Of a stretch of 46,758 bases of DNA, positions 1-12,559 are shown piece by piece. Made by a program: the position numbers and the translations under genes. The DNA comes from Octopus bimaculoides (lineage: Eukaryota). The stretch spans positions 19,470,750-19,517,507 of the forward strand of contig NC_068983.1 in the NCBI RefSeq assembly GCF_001194135.2. Reading direction: 5' to 3'. The notes under the pieces are model-generated. The model saw only the letters and a program-made list of their open reading frames with translations, made no database searches and had not been told where the DNA came from. How positions within the stretch are numbered: the first letter of the stretch is position 1; the number at the start of each line of letters is the position of its first letter.

Positions 1-1885
1 AGTATATTGTTAAATACATTTAGATCTTCAGTCGATTTTTCCCAAAAAATGAAACAATCATCCACGAAGCGTTTCCATTTCTTAATGATATGTTGTTTGT
101 ATTCTTGGTCAAAGGTTTTTTCCACTTCCTCATAGAGCTTTTCTTCTAAGTATCCCATAACTAAGTTTGCATATGAGGGCGCAAATCGCGTACCCATAGC
201 CGAGCCCTTTACCTGCCGATATGTTTTGTTGTCGAATTTAAAAGTATTTTCCTCTAGCACTAGACGTGTGGCCTTGTTGATGAAGTCAGTTTTGAAGCGA
301 TCATTTATCCGTTCTCTATGTTTTTCAACCCAGTGTTTGATTGCTTCTAGGCCTAAACTGTGAGGTACATTCGTATAGAGATTAGTAACATCAAAACTTG
401 CTAGTATAGAACCTTCTGCAACAGTGGGGGGAATGTGTTGGATGAAATCTATGCCATCCCGTACATAGCTAGGTATTAATGGGCACAACGGTTTTAAGAC
501 TATATCTGGAAAATGACTTAGCTGTTGTGTTGGAGCTTGAGGTCCAGCAACTAATTGGCCTTAGTTTGAGGTCAGCAGGTCTTAGTAATTTTATGTATTC
601 GTTCTTCTGATTATTTATGGCATTTTGTATTTCGGAGCTTTTGTGGATTTTAGGCAATCCGTAAAAATTGCTCTCTTTGATAACAGAGTTGCATATATAC
701 TCTTTTTCCTTCTCAGTGAAAGAATCTTGGAATTCATTTATTAGCCTTCTGATTTTATTTAGTATTGTTTTTTCTGAGTGCCTAGTTTCTTCCTTGTAGT
801 AGGTTTCGTTTGTTAGCATTTCCAATATTTTGTCTTTGCAATAGTCCTTGTCCATGATAACTATTGCCCCTCCCTTGTCGGCTTCTTTTAGGATGATTGT
901 GTTGTCATTTTTTTAGTGTTCGTAAGTCTTTCTTTTCGTTTTCACAGAGGTTTTGTTTACATCTCTGGGTATTTAGGGGAAATTTTGAGATTGTATCTAT
1001 ATATGCATCCAAATATTTGTCCTTTCCCTTGTAGGGAGTGAATTGCGATTTCTTTCGGACTATTGATTCATCATTTAAGTCTTTCTCATTGAAGAATTCT
1101 AAAAGTCGGAGGTGACGGTTGAAGTGTTCAATAGCAGATTTCAGTTCAATGAGGTTGGGCGTGGGTGTCGGGGTAAACTTTAGACCTTTTAATAGGAGGT
1201 TGATCTCATCGTTGTTGAGGTTCCGATTTGATAAATTTATGATTTTCGGGTCTATATGTTGTGTGTGGTTAATTAACTCTGGTGTATTATCAGGTCCGGT
1301 GCGTGGTTTTGGTATTTCCTCCCTAAAAAAGGAATTGTGTTTCCACGTTTTCGTTGTCTTGTCTGGGTGTTCTGATTTCCATGTAGGTAAGAGGATGGTT
1401 CGTGTCTTTTATACCAATTCCGTTGGTTAAAAGTTTCGTTTTTTTCTTCCCATGTTTCACGCTTTTTTCTTCTCCATTCAGGATATATGGGAATTTTGGT
1501 TGTAAATCTTGCGTTTCTTGAATTGCCATGATTATTGTTCCTATTATAGTATCTGTGTTGTCTGTATTTTATTTGTTTTTCTTCCCATGTATTCATCCAT
1601 CTGGGGTACATGTTATTACGAGTTGTTGGTTGCCTGTATGTTATTTGTCTTTCATGTCTGTTTTCCTTTTCATTTATCCATCTATGGTCTTCTATATTTC
1701 ATTTGTTGGTTAATTGCAGCGTTATGTATTGTTGGATATGGTTTTCTAGTCTGTACTTCGGGTGAGATGGAGGTAATTTCCGCGTATCTTTTTGGGTAAT
1801 TAGAGGTTCGGTATCTCATTTCGATTCTTCTAGGGTTAGTGTCTATACCTGAATGGAGTTATAAGAGTACTACCCCATTGGCGTA
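1..1885 (-). mobile_element. Penelope-like retroelement (PLE): N-terminal region and reverse transcriptase, running off the window edge
   Basis: Minus-strand translation gives PKIINLSNRNLNNDEINLLLKGLKFTPTP, DNTIILKEADKGGAIVIMD, NFYGLPKIHK, LRPIVAGP, ASFDVTNLYTNVP, QVKGSAMGTRFAPSYANLVMG and KRFVDDCFIFW, which are PLE RT motifs. Three single-base frameshifts occur at about 1325 (T run), 910 (A run) and 552. Confidence 0.93.
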
Positions 1886-2539
1886 TATATAAAATAAATT
1901 CCACATTACTTTATGAATATGTTTGCAGTCAATACACAAAATTGAGAAAAGGAAAACAAAATGTATGATTTGTAATGCATTATTTTAATGATCTCCATTC
2001 ACCACCCTTGTAGCAATAAAGAGTAATCGGCATTATTGTTATTAAAATTTTTCTGCTAATTATTATTAATTTTTATTTTTTATGCTAACAATTTTAGTAG
2101 CGTATTAGTTACTTCAGAAGTTAGAAAGTCGCAGTGGGAATAGAAATATCGGTGCATTATCAGAAACCAAATTAAACCAATAGATTTGGTAGAGATTTTT
2201 GAGTTGTGCTTAAATAAATAAATGAAATAAAACAAATACAGAAAACATATTATTCGAGCTTCTATTACTAGTCTGTCCACTGAAAGATGGACTGTTTTAT
2301 AAAATTACAAAATGGTCAAGTAGATCGAAGTTATCAAGATATTAATAGCGATAATCGATATCTTTTGATTTTTTCTTGAATTGCGCTAATTTATCGAGAC
2401 AGTCACACGATTTGTCTGAATGATTCTAATTTTTATATTTATTCTTGTTATTTGTTATATATTAATGGTAATATTTTTGTTGTTTGGTTGTTGCTTTTTC
2501 TTTGTATTTTCATTTTTTCTGCATTAGGTCTGTGTATTT

Positions 2540-2664
2540 ATTAATGGTTTCGTCATATTTAATGTCAGTATTGCCACTTGGAGCTATATTTGGAAGAGTT
2601 CTGGCTACAGGTAGTTAAGTTTGGCTTTATTATGGAGCTGCTTTTGTTGCTGTTGTCGTTGTCG

Positions 2665-2696
<32 letters not shown>

Positions 2697-3035
2697 GATG
2701 GTGATGATGGGGATAATGATGATGACGATGACGAAGACGACGGCGACGACGGTGGTGATGAGAATAATTAAGATGTAAGTTGTTAATGTTTTTGTGAAAG
2801 TGATGCAGGAAGAGTTAGTTACAGTTATTTTTACGTACGAAATTAAAATTTTATATAAGAAATTATTAATCGAATGATTACAAACTTTAGATTGTCGGTG
2901 AAAGTGCTGTACCATATTTCTTCCAGTTCTTTACATCCTGTGTTCAATCCAGCGTTGTCATGAATTCTTTCGGTGCTGATAAAATAATGTAATAATCAAG
3001 AATTTGAGTAGATGGCACAAACAAATTCCCTTCCT
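2540..3035 (-). pseudogene. Cadherin-like repeat remnant plus Ser/Thr linker
   Basis: EGNLFVPSTQILDY (3033-2992), then a frameshift into RIHDNAGLNTGCKEL (2968-2920); YVKITVTN (about 2820); linker SSPPSSPSSSSSSSLSPSSPSTTTTTTTTTTTTTATKAAP*, then PNIAPSGNTD (about 2593-2564). Confidence 0.62.
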
Positions 3036-3204
3036 ATATAATATCCGGCCTTGTGTCTAAATTAGAAACTAATGTCATTATTCTTTCAGCAACGAATTTA
3101 TAAATAAATGTAGTTGAGTGTTGCTAACGTGGTCAAAGTGAATGTAACTATATTTAGCATGTGCCTGTTGATGGGAGAACAATGTATGGGTACGGCTTGG
3201 CTCG

Positions 3205-3940
3205 TGTCATTAAAGAAAGAATTGTCCAGAATCTGTGGTGTTTCTTGATTGGTCATACCTCGTGGCTTCCCTGTTTCAAGAGGATGCATGTTCTATGTTT
3301 TCATGCACTTTGTCCATTATGTATAATTGTATCTCATCTCCAGGAATCAAATCGCTTTCCTTTCATCACCTATTTTATGTATCCTACACACAACACAAAT
3401 CGTAAACTCTGGAGCTAAGTTTGCAGTGCTGGTGGTCGTGGTGGCTTTGGTAGACGTGGTAGTGAGGGTGTTTGTAAATAATCCTCAAATGAACCACCAT
3501 CGAGTAAATACAGAATCACATGTTATTACTTCTGTAATCATTTATATTTTTAATTTAGACAATGATATGCCATTCGATGCATATTTACTTGTAACTGTTA
3601 TTTTCAGAAGATACAATGACTATATCGAAACAACTAATTGTCGTGCATACTTTATGATCGCGCAGAACCTTTCTGGTTTTCCCGTAGCTATTGTTCTTGC
3701 ATCTACTATTAATTGTCTCAGTGTGTTATGGTAGTCATGTCGTCAATTATCATATTGATTACATTCGCATGGACATTGAATGCAGACTGCGTTGGCGATA
3801 AGTAGGCATAAATGATATTAAAGATACTTGATAGTAGTGTTAATGCTTAAGGTGAATGACTTATTGCGGTTGTTGCTAGGGATGACAGTGGTGAATATTG
3901 TATTTCTGTTAGATGAGACAGTAAGGTTAGTAAGGCGATG
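3205..3940 (-). pseudogene. Cadherin-like repeat remnants plus Thr linker
   Basis: A single frame from 3718 to 3330 reads ...RQLVVSI*SLYLLKITVTSKYASNGISLSKLKI*MITEV...*GLFTNTLTTTSTKATTTTSTANLAPEFT, with stops at 3622, 3544 and 3487. A shifted frame gives ESDLIPGDEIQLYIMD...TTDSGQFFL (3359-3210). Upstream pieces include YAYLSPTQSAFNVHAN. Confidence 0.68.
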
Positions 3941-4139
3941 GTCACGCATGGACGTATCTAAAAGCGAAATTCTTTAATACAATTGATCTTCAAAGGTGAC
4001 TTGAAGCACCATAAATATCATTGGTAATTGACTAATTATTGTAGCTGTTCATAATTTTACCACCCATTTATCTTTCATTCGAATCTAATCACCATTGTTA
4101 TTATTATCATTATTCTCATTAGAATACTGTGAGTTGGCA

Positions 4140-4654
4140 ATACCATTAAATTAAAGAGTTGGTCAGAATGGCATGTGGAGCGTGTTCCGATTCTGCTCTC
4201 TGATTTCAAATTCTATCCATTACATCTTTGCTTTCCATTCTTCCGGGACTTTTAAGTTACAATTAACTAGATACGAATGGTGGTTAGCGTGAATCGAAAA
4301 GTGCAAGAAAAAAATCTAGTATGATATTTGTTTCTACATTTTATGATCTGTATTCAAGTCTAGTTGATCTCCACTTAGCGTTACATATTTATCGACTTGC
4401 TAAATGATTTGCACTTGCCAAATGCAAAGGTCGTTGCTATATACTAATCACGTTTCCGCGATTTTCAGTTTATATGAGTATGTCAATGTTACAAAATAAT
4501 TAAGTGCGATTAAGTTTTTTTAGGGATTTGGACTTGCAGTATCTTTCTGACTCTCCGCATTTAGCATTTGATCTTTCGACAGTTACAAATAACAGATTGC
4601 TTGTCCGGAACGATTAGCTGCAGATGGCACATGATTTGATATCTATTCCGGTAT
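4140..4654 (-). pseudogene. Cadherin-like exon remnants
   Basis: Acceptor ttttcag|at at 4654, then DTGIDIKSCAICS*SFRTSNLLFVTVERSN. Also YSYKLKIAE, QVDKYVTLSGDQLD and LKVPEE. Confidence 0.45.
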
Positions 4655-5899
4655 CTGAAAATTTATTTATTTATTTTTTTTTTCATTTTAAGGTGCGAGT
4701 TACGAGTACACAACGCGACAAATATTCAGACAATCTATCAGACTCAGTTATTCACAGTCTCTATAATACTACAACTGTTGCATTGAGTATTTATTATCGC
4801 CACATACACACAAACACACACACTCACACACAATATGATGTTCGGATAACTACAGTGTTATATTTGAATAAAAGCTTAATGCAAAGTGGCTTGCGTACAC
4901 ATTTTACAGATAGGTTAAATACAAACTTTTCTTGAATGTATAAAAGACAATTCTCCACAATAGATAAGTACCCAGTATATCGCAAGACATAAACATCAAT
5001 GGTGAAGGGGCACAATTGTGAGTACACCAAACAATATGTATTGCAAATTTTAGTTTCTTCTCATTATGCCCTTAGATGAGTCTAATTGAGATCATTATTT
5101 TCAGCTTTCAGCAGTTTAAATAAATTACGTATCAGCCGTACTTAATTAATCTACTGATATTGCTGTCTTTTATATTGATTCATAGATCGGACTACGGTTT
5201 AAAAATCGAAATAAGTATTCTAGTTGCACGCACTGACAACATAAACGTTTGTAAGAATCCCGAGAATTATGAGAGCGGAAATGCGTAGTCTATGTATTAG
5301 ACGTATCAAGAGATTGAAATTATATTCACATAAAATTTGGGACATAATTCCGATAGCTAAATGATTTGGGGGTATTCAAATAACATTGTTACGCTCAGAA
5401 ACACAACAAAACTACGGCAGATTATATTAACTCAAGCTCTGTTAGAAGAAACCTGATGGTATTTGGAATTTGAAACTAACATTTTGCTCTTTTTGTTTTG
5501 TAAAGCATAATCTATGCATATAGTAATCATTCTGTTGTTATGAAGTTCTCTTCAAAGCCTTAATCTTACCGAGCTATATTTATTGAGATCCTCGGTATCT
5601 CTTCAATACTATATATAAAATTTTGGAATATCGATAGAACATACGATTGAGATAAAATTTATAGAGATATACGAACTGCATGGCGTCGAGGAATTGTGAA
5701 GTCTTTTGACTGGACACGGGAGACAACACATTTGCATATAATGTGGTAATGAGAAGAAAAGTAGAAACACAATTCTGCCGTCGCAATACTAATATGAAAG
5801 AAAGATAGAAATTTAGGGACGTGCGACCTGGCCAACGTTTGGAGTGAGAAAATGGAATGGAGGTAACACATTTTTTGATTATTCGAAACGAAATATAAG

Positions 5900-5915
5900 G
5901 GAGAGAGAGAGAGAG

Positions 5916-5997
<82 letters not shown>
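5900..5997. repeat. (GA)n microsatellite
   Basis: Direct reading. Confidence 0.98.
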
Positions 5998-6001
<4 letters not shown>

Positions 6002-6706
6002 TAATGAGGATGTTCAGGAAGAGAAAATATCAAAGAAATGTGAAATATGTGAAACTGATAGTCAGTAAAAGGAGAGAAAATCATAGAGAGAAAAAAATAG
6101 TTAACAAGACTGAAACGATAAAAAAAGAATCATCGACAGAGAAAAGAATGATATATCGATGAACCACAGAAACATATTAATAAATGAATATAGCAAAACT
6201 GAGTGTGAGACATGGAAACAGGTACTGGAGAAGGGAAATTAAAGGTGGAAAACTTGTCGGACATGAGGAATTGAGTCAGCAGAGTTTCATATCATTGAAC
6301 ATGTGAAGAAGGTTAACCTATATTACAAGTATTTTTCTTCGTTCCAGTGATGGTAAATATCACAGGAGAAGTTGGAATTAAAGCGTAAAAGTCAAAAAAG
6401 GCTATGGGCAGATTGACCGAGAATTATTGAAATGGTGTGTGTGTGCACAGAAAACAAGCTACCACAACGAAATAGTAATGTCGTTGTACGCGTTTGAAGG
6501 AAAGAAAGGAGATTCAAAAGATAAAGCTATATTCTTCTTAGAATTGACGTTCTTTTTGCCAGGGGACAACAGTAACAAAGTAAAGGAAATTAAGTGGAGT
6601 AAAGTTAAATATGAGAGAAAGAAAGAAACATAATGGGAAATGCAAGGACATCTAAATGGCATTCAGAACAAGCAATATAGAATGAGAAAGAAATATAAGA
6701 TTTATA

Positions 6707-7486
6707 TACGAGGTGGTATCAAAGATTTCCCGTACTAGGTCTCTAACAGATGGCAGCCCATAGTTGTGAAAACTAGTTTGGACCTTCATGAAGTAGTGCG
6801 TCGAGCGACATCGTTGGATATACTTCTGACGCTGTGAAATGTATGTTGTTCTGATCATGTGTATGGTGTAGTCTGCGATGTTGTTATGGGTAAGAAGTTG
6901 GAATAAAGAATCGGCGTGAAATTTTGAGAATTCTGGTGCGACGAGGCAATAGGTCGAACACAATGTTTCGAGTGTCTCGAGCGCTCTAAAAGCGGAAGAA
7001 CTTCCCGATTAGCAATCTGGAAGACCTGCCATGAGCGTCATTCCAGGAAATGTGGAGAAAATTCAACGCCTTGTGCAAATTGAGCACGAGCACCGTCGGA
7101 GAACAATAAACGAAATTACTGATGTTGATGGTCTGTCGTATGGTTTCATGCAGGCATCCTAGCTTCTGCATTGAACATGCAGTATGTCTCTGTCAAGTTT
7201 GCCCCGCACCTATAGCTTTTCTCAGATTTAGTACCTGCAGACTTCCATCTCTTTCCGAAAGTAAAAAGGAAGTTCAAAGATGCCCGTTCTAATACCGTTG
7301 TCAAAATCCAGAACGATTCACGGAGGGTCCTCAACTCGCTTACCAAAACAATCTCCAGTTTCGATTCAAAAAGTTGCAGGAACGCTGCAACCGGTGTATA
7401 GCAAGGTGGCTATTTCGAAGGCGATGATGTTAAACTTAGGTAAAGAAGTTTTTTATAAAAAATAACTTGTCTGTTACCACTTCGTA
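6707..7486 (+). mobile_element. Internally deleted mariner transposon
   Basis: Imperfect TIRs tacgaggtggtatca / tacgaagtggtaaca with TA ends. Transposase remnants AIGRTQCFE, VIPGNVEKIQRLV, LFSDLVPADFHLFPK (YSPDLAP box), KKLQERCNRCI and QGGYFEGD. The central catalytic region is missing. Confidence 0.88.
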
Positions 7487-7586
7487 TATATATATATAAA
7501 GTATGAGTATAATATATATATATATACATATATGTATATATACATATTTATATACATATATATACATATGTATATATATGTATGTA

Positions 7587-7683
<97 letters not shown>
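7487..7683. repeat. (TA)n-rich microsatellite
   Basis: Direct reading; it starts at the mariner's right TA. Confidence 0.97.
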
Positions 7684-7685
<2 letters not shown>

Positions 7686-8499
7686 CAAAGTTATTTTATT
7701 CCATACGGGTAGAAATATAGAAAAAAAAGTTCAAAAGCCACTGAGAGTCGTTTAGATTTTTTTATTCTAAAATTTTAAAAACAACCAATGTTGTAGATTT
7801 CTCTGTTAATCAAAATGAAATGTTGAGATACAAAGACGTGGAGCTGTGCTGCCACCACCTTAATTCTGATTGGAGTTCAAAAATTCTTTTGTTTTTATAG
7901 ATAGAGCATGGCTGAAATTAATGACAAGAAAATGGCAAAAAAAAAATGAAAAAAAAACGCATTACTTGTGAAATGATTTCCACTACGATAGTTATCATGT
8001 CCTTAATCATATATATATACTTTTGTGTCGCTGTCATATCAGAGATTCACTGAACAGCAGCAGTAATAAATAAATAAATTCATAGTAATCAATGGTATAA
8101 AAATATTGTCTTATTCAAAATAAGTTATACTTATATCATTATTATTTATATTTCAAAGCCATTCCAGATGGGTTAACGAACACATAAAAGCTAATTCAGC
8201 TTTAATTATAGGTAGAATACCTTCATATACATATAAGATTGATTTTTCTGAATATGTGCACTTTAAAGTTATCAATTTCATGTTTATGAATAAATAACGT
8301 AAGTAATATAGCATACAATGAATGTATAATTTTACTTTTAACATATTTCCGAAGCCATTATGGCATTTAATTTGGCGGAAATAAAAGTATACAAAGCAAT
8401 AATGAATTATTCAACATGGTTCTATCTAATAATTATTTATGTATACAGATTGTAAGTATCTACTTTATTTAACATCGAAACAACATGCGTTCAGTGTTA

Positions 8500-9275
8500 T
8501 ATTTGACATTATAATCTGAATTGTTTGGTTGTGGTCTCCGTTAATGTCAGATGTACAAGACAAAACTAGTTGCAACTGTACTGCTCCGAAATGAAGACTG
8601 AAATACTCTCATGTTAGTGTGTTTTATCTTTGAATTTCTATAATATCGGTGTCAAATATTATTCTTCTACATTTTTGAAACTGATAAGAAATAATTTTCC
8701 AGTCATTGACAGGTAACAATACGAGAAAGGATATGAAAATAACGAATGCTACAGCTTACATGCTATTTCCTACTACAGTGCTTTGGAACAAACACAGAAG
8801 TGAGAAATTTGGGCCTTGTGAATCAAAGAGAGCCTCTTCAAAGCAATGTATTTAATTCAATATCTTAATATACACCAGTCTGCTATGTAGCAAACATTCT
8901 ATGTAGCAATGTATGTAGCGTGCTATGTAGCAAACATTCTAGCATCGACTCCATCTGATCAGGGTATTTCAATCGATGTATACCAAGAAAGATCGTGCGT
9001 ATGGGTGGAGAAAAGATCCGCGAAAGGCTCCGAAGATGCTCTAATTGACGTTATTTGCTATTAGAAACACTAAGAATTACTCTCTCATTAAAGTGCCGGA
9101 ATATTATGCAACGGTATTTGACATGTTCTGTTTACCGCAGCTGAAGTAACGAATTTGAAGAATTTCAAGAACGATTACGCCATACGGTACGTTCCTTTAT
9201 AAAGATGTTAAATCACCCTAATGTCTCATGGTTTTGAGGATAAAGATTCTTTGCTAAGTGATTATCAACATTCAT
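8500..9275 (-). pseudogene. Cadherin-like repeat remnants
   Basis: MNVDNHLAKNLYPQNHETLG*FNIFIKE (from about 9275), frameshifted at about 9195 into NVPYGVIVLEI; SSEPFADLFS (9036-9007); FLVLLPVND (about 8700); LQLVLSCTSDINGDHNQTIQIIMSN after an acceptor at 8597. Confidence 0.66.
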
Positions 9276-9573
9276 TTTGCAAGGTATGTTTTTCTTTCTG
9301 TAAAATATGGTAACCAGCCGTAACTTTTTTAATTGTTAAAAACATGTATGTATTAAAAGGGAAGGTTTTAGACAAAGGCTGATATTAGTAATATTAGTGA
9401 AATAACAGTCGAAACTTCAACGGCATTATGAATTTATTTAGGCCACGTTTACGTTACACGTAGTTTGTTCTTTTTTGTGACATTATGAGTGTAAGGAAAA
9501 ATCAGGGGCAACTTTCAGAATAATTAAGGAAATATAACACATTTGTTGCAGGCAACAAAAAATTATGAACAGT

Positions 9574-10310
9574 TCAGTTGCCTCTGAAAATGTGTCCACC
9601 TCCTTTTCCCATCACACTTGGAGTTTTGATATGTTTGTTTAACGTGATGCATAAACCTTGAAATGGATTCAAGCTCTTGAAGAATTTACTTGGATCGTGA
9701 TACAGAAAAAAAGCGTTTCGTATCTTGAATTCGAGAGAGATGACTGATTTGAAAGACAATTGCCCGAAGATAACACAGCGCGTGGCAAATCTTCAAATGC
9801 ATCCACAACAATATTTTAGGAAATCAATTGCTACATGCATTTTTGTAAAGCATGTCACCTATTTAAGTTTTTCTAGGCAGCGAGACTCCTGTGTCATCAA
9901 ATTTTCATTTTTGTTAAGAAAATCACTTCTTCCACGAAAATATGCCGCCAGCCAAGATATATTTTACTTAGTTGTATGTATATTCGATCATGATATGAGT
10001 CTTTTAACACTTCATGCAATGTGAAAGGAAAACATGACATGATTGATAAATATCAATACTTTCTTTGTATTCACATAATAAATGCAGTAAAGAAAAATAT
10101 ATTCCACGTATGGACGAACAATGGTTTTGTTATCTAGTGTAATCAAACTTAAGAGAATAAGGAAGTTATAAGTTATTGTTAAAAGTTACTAAAAGCGGTG
10201 AAATATTGATTTAAATATCGTAGGTATATAAGTTTTCATCTCACCTGGAAGATAACAGCAGTTCAATTGCCGTATCTCCTTTGATTGTGATGTTACTGAA
10301 TGTAGATTAC
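9574..10310 (-). pseudogene. Cadherin-like exon remnants
   Basis: STFSNITIKGDTAIELLLSS ending at donor ccag|gtgaga (about 10245); NIVVDAFEDLP (about 9800); YHDPSKFFKSLNPFQGLCITLNKHI (within track ORF 9574-9759). Confidence 0.5.
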
Positions 10311-10331
10311 TGGGCTAAATTCAATTCTCTA

Positions 10332-10342
10332 ACACACACACA

Positions 10343-10386
<44 letters not shown>
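10332..10386. repeat. (CA)n microsatellite
   Basis: Direct reading. Confidence 0.97.
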
Positions 10387-10388
<2 letters not shown>

Positions 10389-11787
10389 GTGAAATAGGAA
10401 GAAAGCAGTCCTCTCGGGAAATGAGCTCTTTTGTAACAAGGAAAGGTTAACATCTTTTTATATCCTAAATGACGCCAAATTTTAATAGCGCTTTCAGCAA
10501 TTTGTTGGATAGAATAATGCAATATCTAAAATGACAAAATTAACCTTTTTGAGATATATCAATGAAACAAAGAAAAAAAAAACAAATTCTCATTATTTGC
10601 GTGAATGAAATATTATATAGATCATTCTTTTCCCATATTACACACTTCCTCGAAATTTGTATCGATTCAAGACATATGGTGACAGAGAATGAATAACTAA
10701 AACATAAAAGATAATGGCAATAGAACATGCAGAATTAAATGAATGAATTGTGATGAAAATAATTCAAGTGCATTATGTTTTTTTTAGAAACTGGCTGAAA
10801 GACAATATTAGTTTAAAAGCTTATTGCCAGTTAATATATAGATTATACATCACTGTACGCTTGTACACCACAGGCGATATTCAAAGTGGTACCAACAGAA
10901 AAGTGAAATGAAAATATATCCTTATGCTCTTATTGTAAAATTTAGCTTCCGTCAATTAGGTATCTCTTGTCTTCTCCTCTCAGAGTGTACTGGTGTCTCT
11001 ACGCATAGTAAATAGTCAGTGCATTCCGATATACTATGTAATAAGATAAAAAAGGTAGAAAAGTAAGAAGTAAACATTAACAACGAGTAGATGAATATCA
11101 GTATACACACATACACACCACACACACATACACACACATATATATATGTATATATGAACACAAACATAAGTGTCCGTACATATATATATATGTACGTATA
11201 ATTATATTTATACATATTGCATGCATATAAATGTTCATGTATATTTCTCTGGATATATTGTTCTGCATATGCGTAGAACACAGATGTACGAAGATGATAG
11301 TCTGTATGTACATACAGACATATTTTTGTCCTCGTAATGTTTAAATGAGAATATTTAAAAGGACCATCTGCTATTAACAGCAGCCTTACAAAAAATATGC
11401 CTGTATAACAATAGAAAACATGTTCTTTATTTTTTCTCTTTATGTTTTTTTCTGTTTTTCAAATATTTGACTATATGTTTCACATTCAGACAATATGCCA
11501 TTTCAATAATAGAATATCAAAGAATATGTTAGTTATATATAGTAATAAAATATATTGACAACAATAAGTCCGAATATAAAATAAATACTATTTACAACAT
11601 GATCAAGTAAATTAGTGAGCGAGCGAATATGTTAATGTAGCTATGCAAAATTTAGTTTCTTATGGGTGAACATGTATGTGCTTGTATGTAAGCTTGTACA
11701 TGCGTGCCTGTCAAGGCAACTGTATGTCTACTGAGGGTGAACAATAATATAACATACGGGCAAACACTCAAACACACGTACACACAC

Positions 11788-11788
11788 T

Positions 11789-11871
<83 letters not shown>

Positions 11872-11995
11872 TTGAACAGACTGAACATATTTATACCTAC
11901 GGACTGATATACATATGAACATGCATGCATAAAGTGACAGACAGATATACTGACAAATAGATAGACAGAAAGGTAGATAGATAGATAGATAGATG

Positions 11996-12046
<51 letters not shown>
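11788..12046. repeat. (GA)n and (GATA)n microsatellites
   Basis: (GA)n at about 11788-11868 and (GATA)n at about 11955-12046. Confidence 0.96.
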
Positions 12047-12559
12047 GTAGTGCATTCATTCTCTACAATAATTTTTATATTTTATTTAGTCAAACTACAG
12101 TTGGTAATACATTATCTTTATTCATGTTCATCTGAGCTTTGTATCTACTGAAGATAAGGTAGTACGATTACTGCGCTAATCAAGACAATACAATCAAGAA
12201 CGGTGGTCCACTTGTCGCCAAATCGCTGTCACGTTGTTAATGGCACAGCAGCAGCAAAACATAGTTTCTTTCTTGAAATTATAGACCATTCTAATTTCTT
12301 GATTTCTTGTACGATGAGACTTCTACCAGTTATCTGCTTGGACTCCCTCAAAATAAAAGGAATTTTAGTAAATCAAGGCTTGATCTGTCTAACGTGTTAT
12401 TCACTAAAAATATGTACCCGTTCATATATACATATGTAAATAAATAGATACACATATACATGCACACATATTTCTCCCCCTCTCTCTGTTTTTTCTCTCT
12501 CTCCACACACATACATAGACATTATTCATACATTCGCATATACATAATTTTGGTATATT

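Noticed and set aside
3485-3622. Rescue of in-frame stops by coleoid A-to-I RNA editing
   Set aside because: Editing could in principle turn UAG/UGA into Trp codons, but it cannot repair the several frameshifts in the same gene, and Trp is not expected at these positions.
5580-5786. Secreted peptide ORF with a signal-like N-terminus
   Set aside because: It starts at TTG rather than ATG, and all three minus frames are open here because of composition.
9141-9283. Plus-strand exons AEVTNLKNFKNDYAIR (9141-9186) and MSHGFEDKDSLLSDYQHSFCK (9221-9283)
   Set aside because: The splice signals look good, but the segments overlap the much more convincing minus-strand cadherin motif and have no recognisable homology or partner exons.
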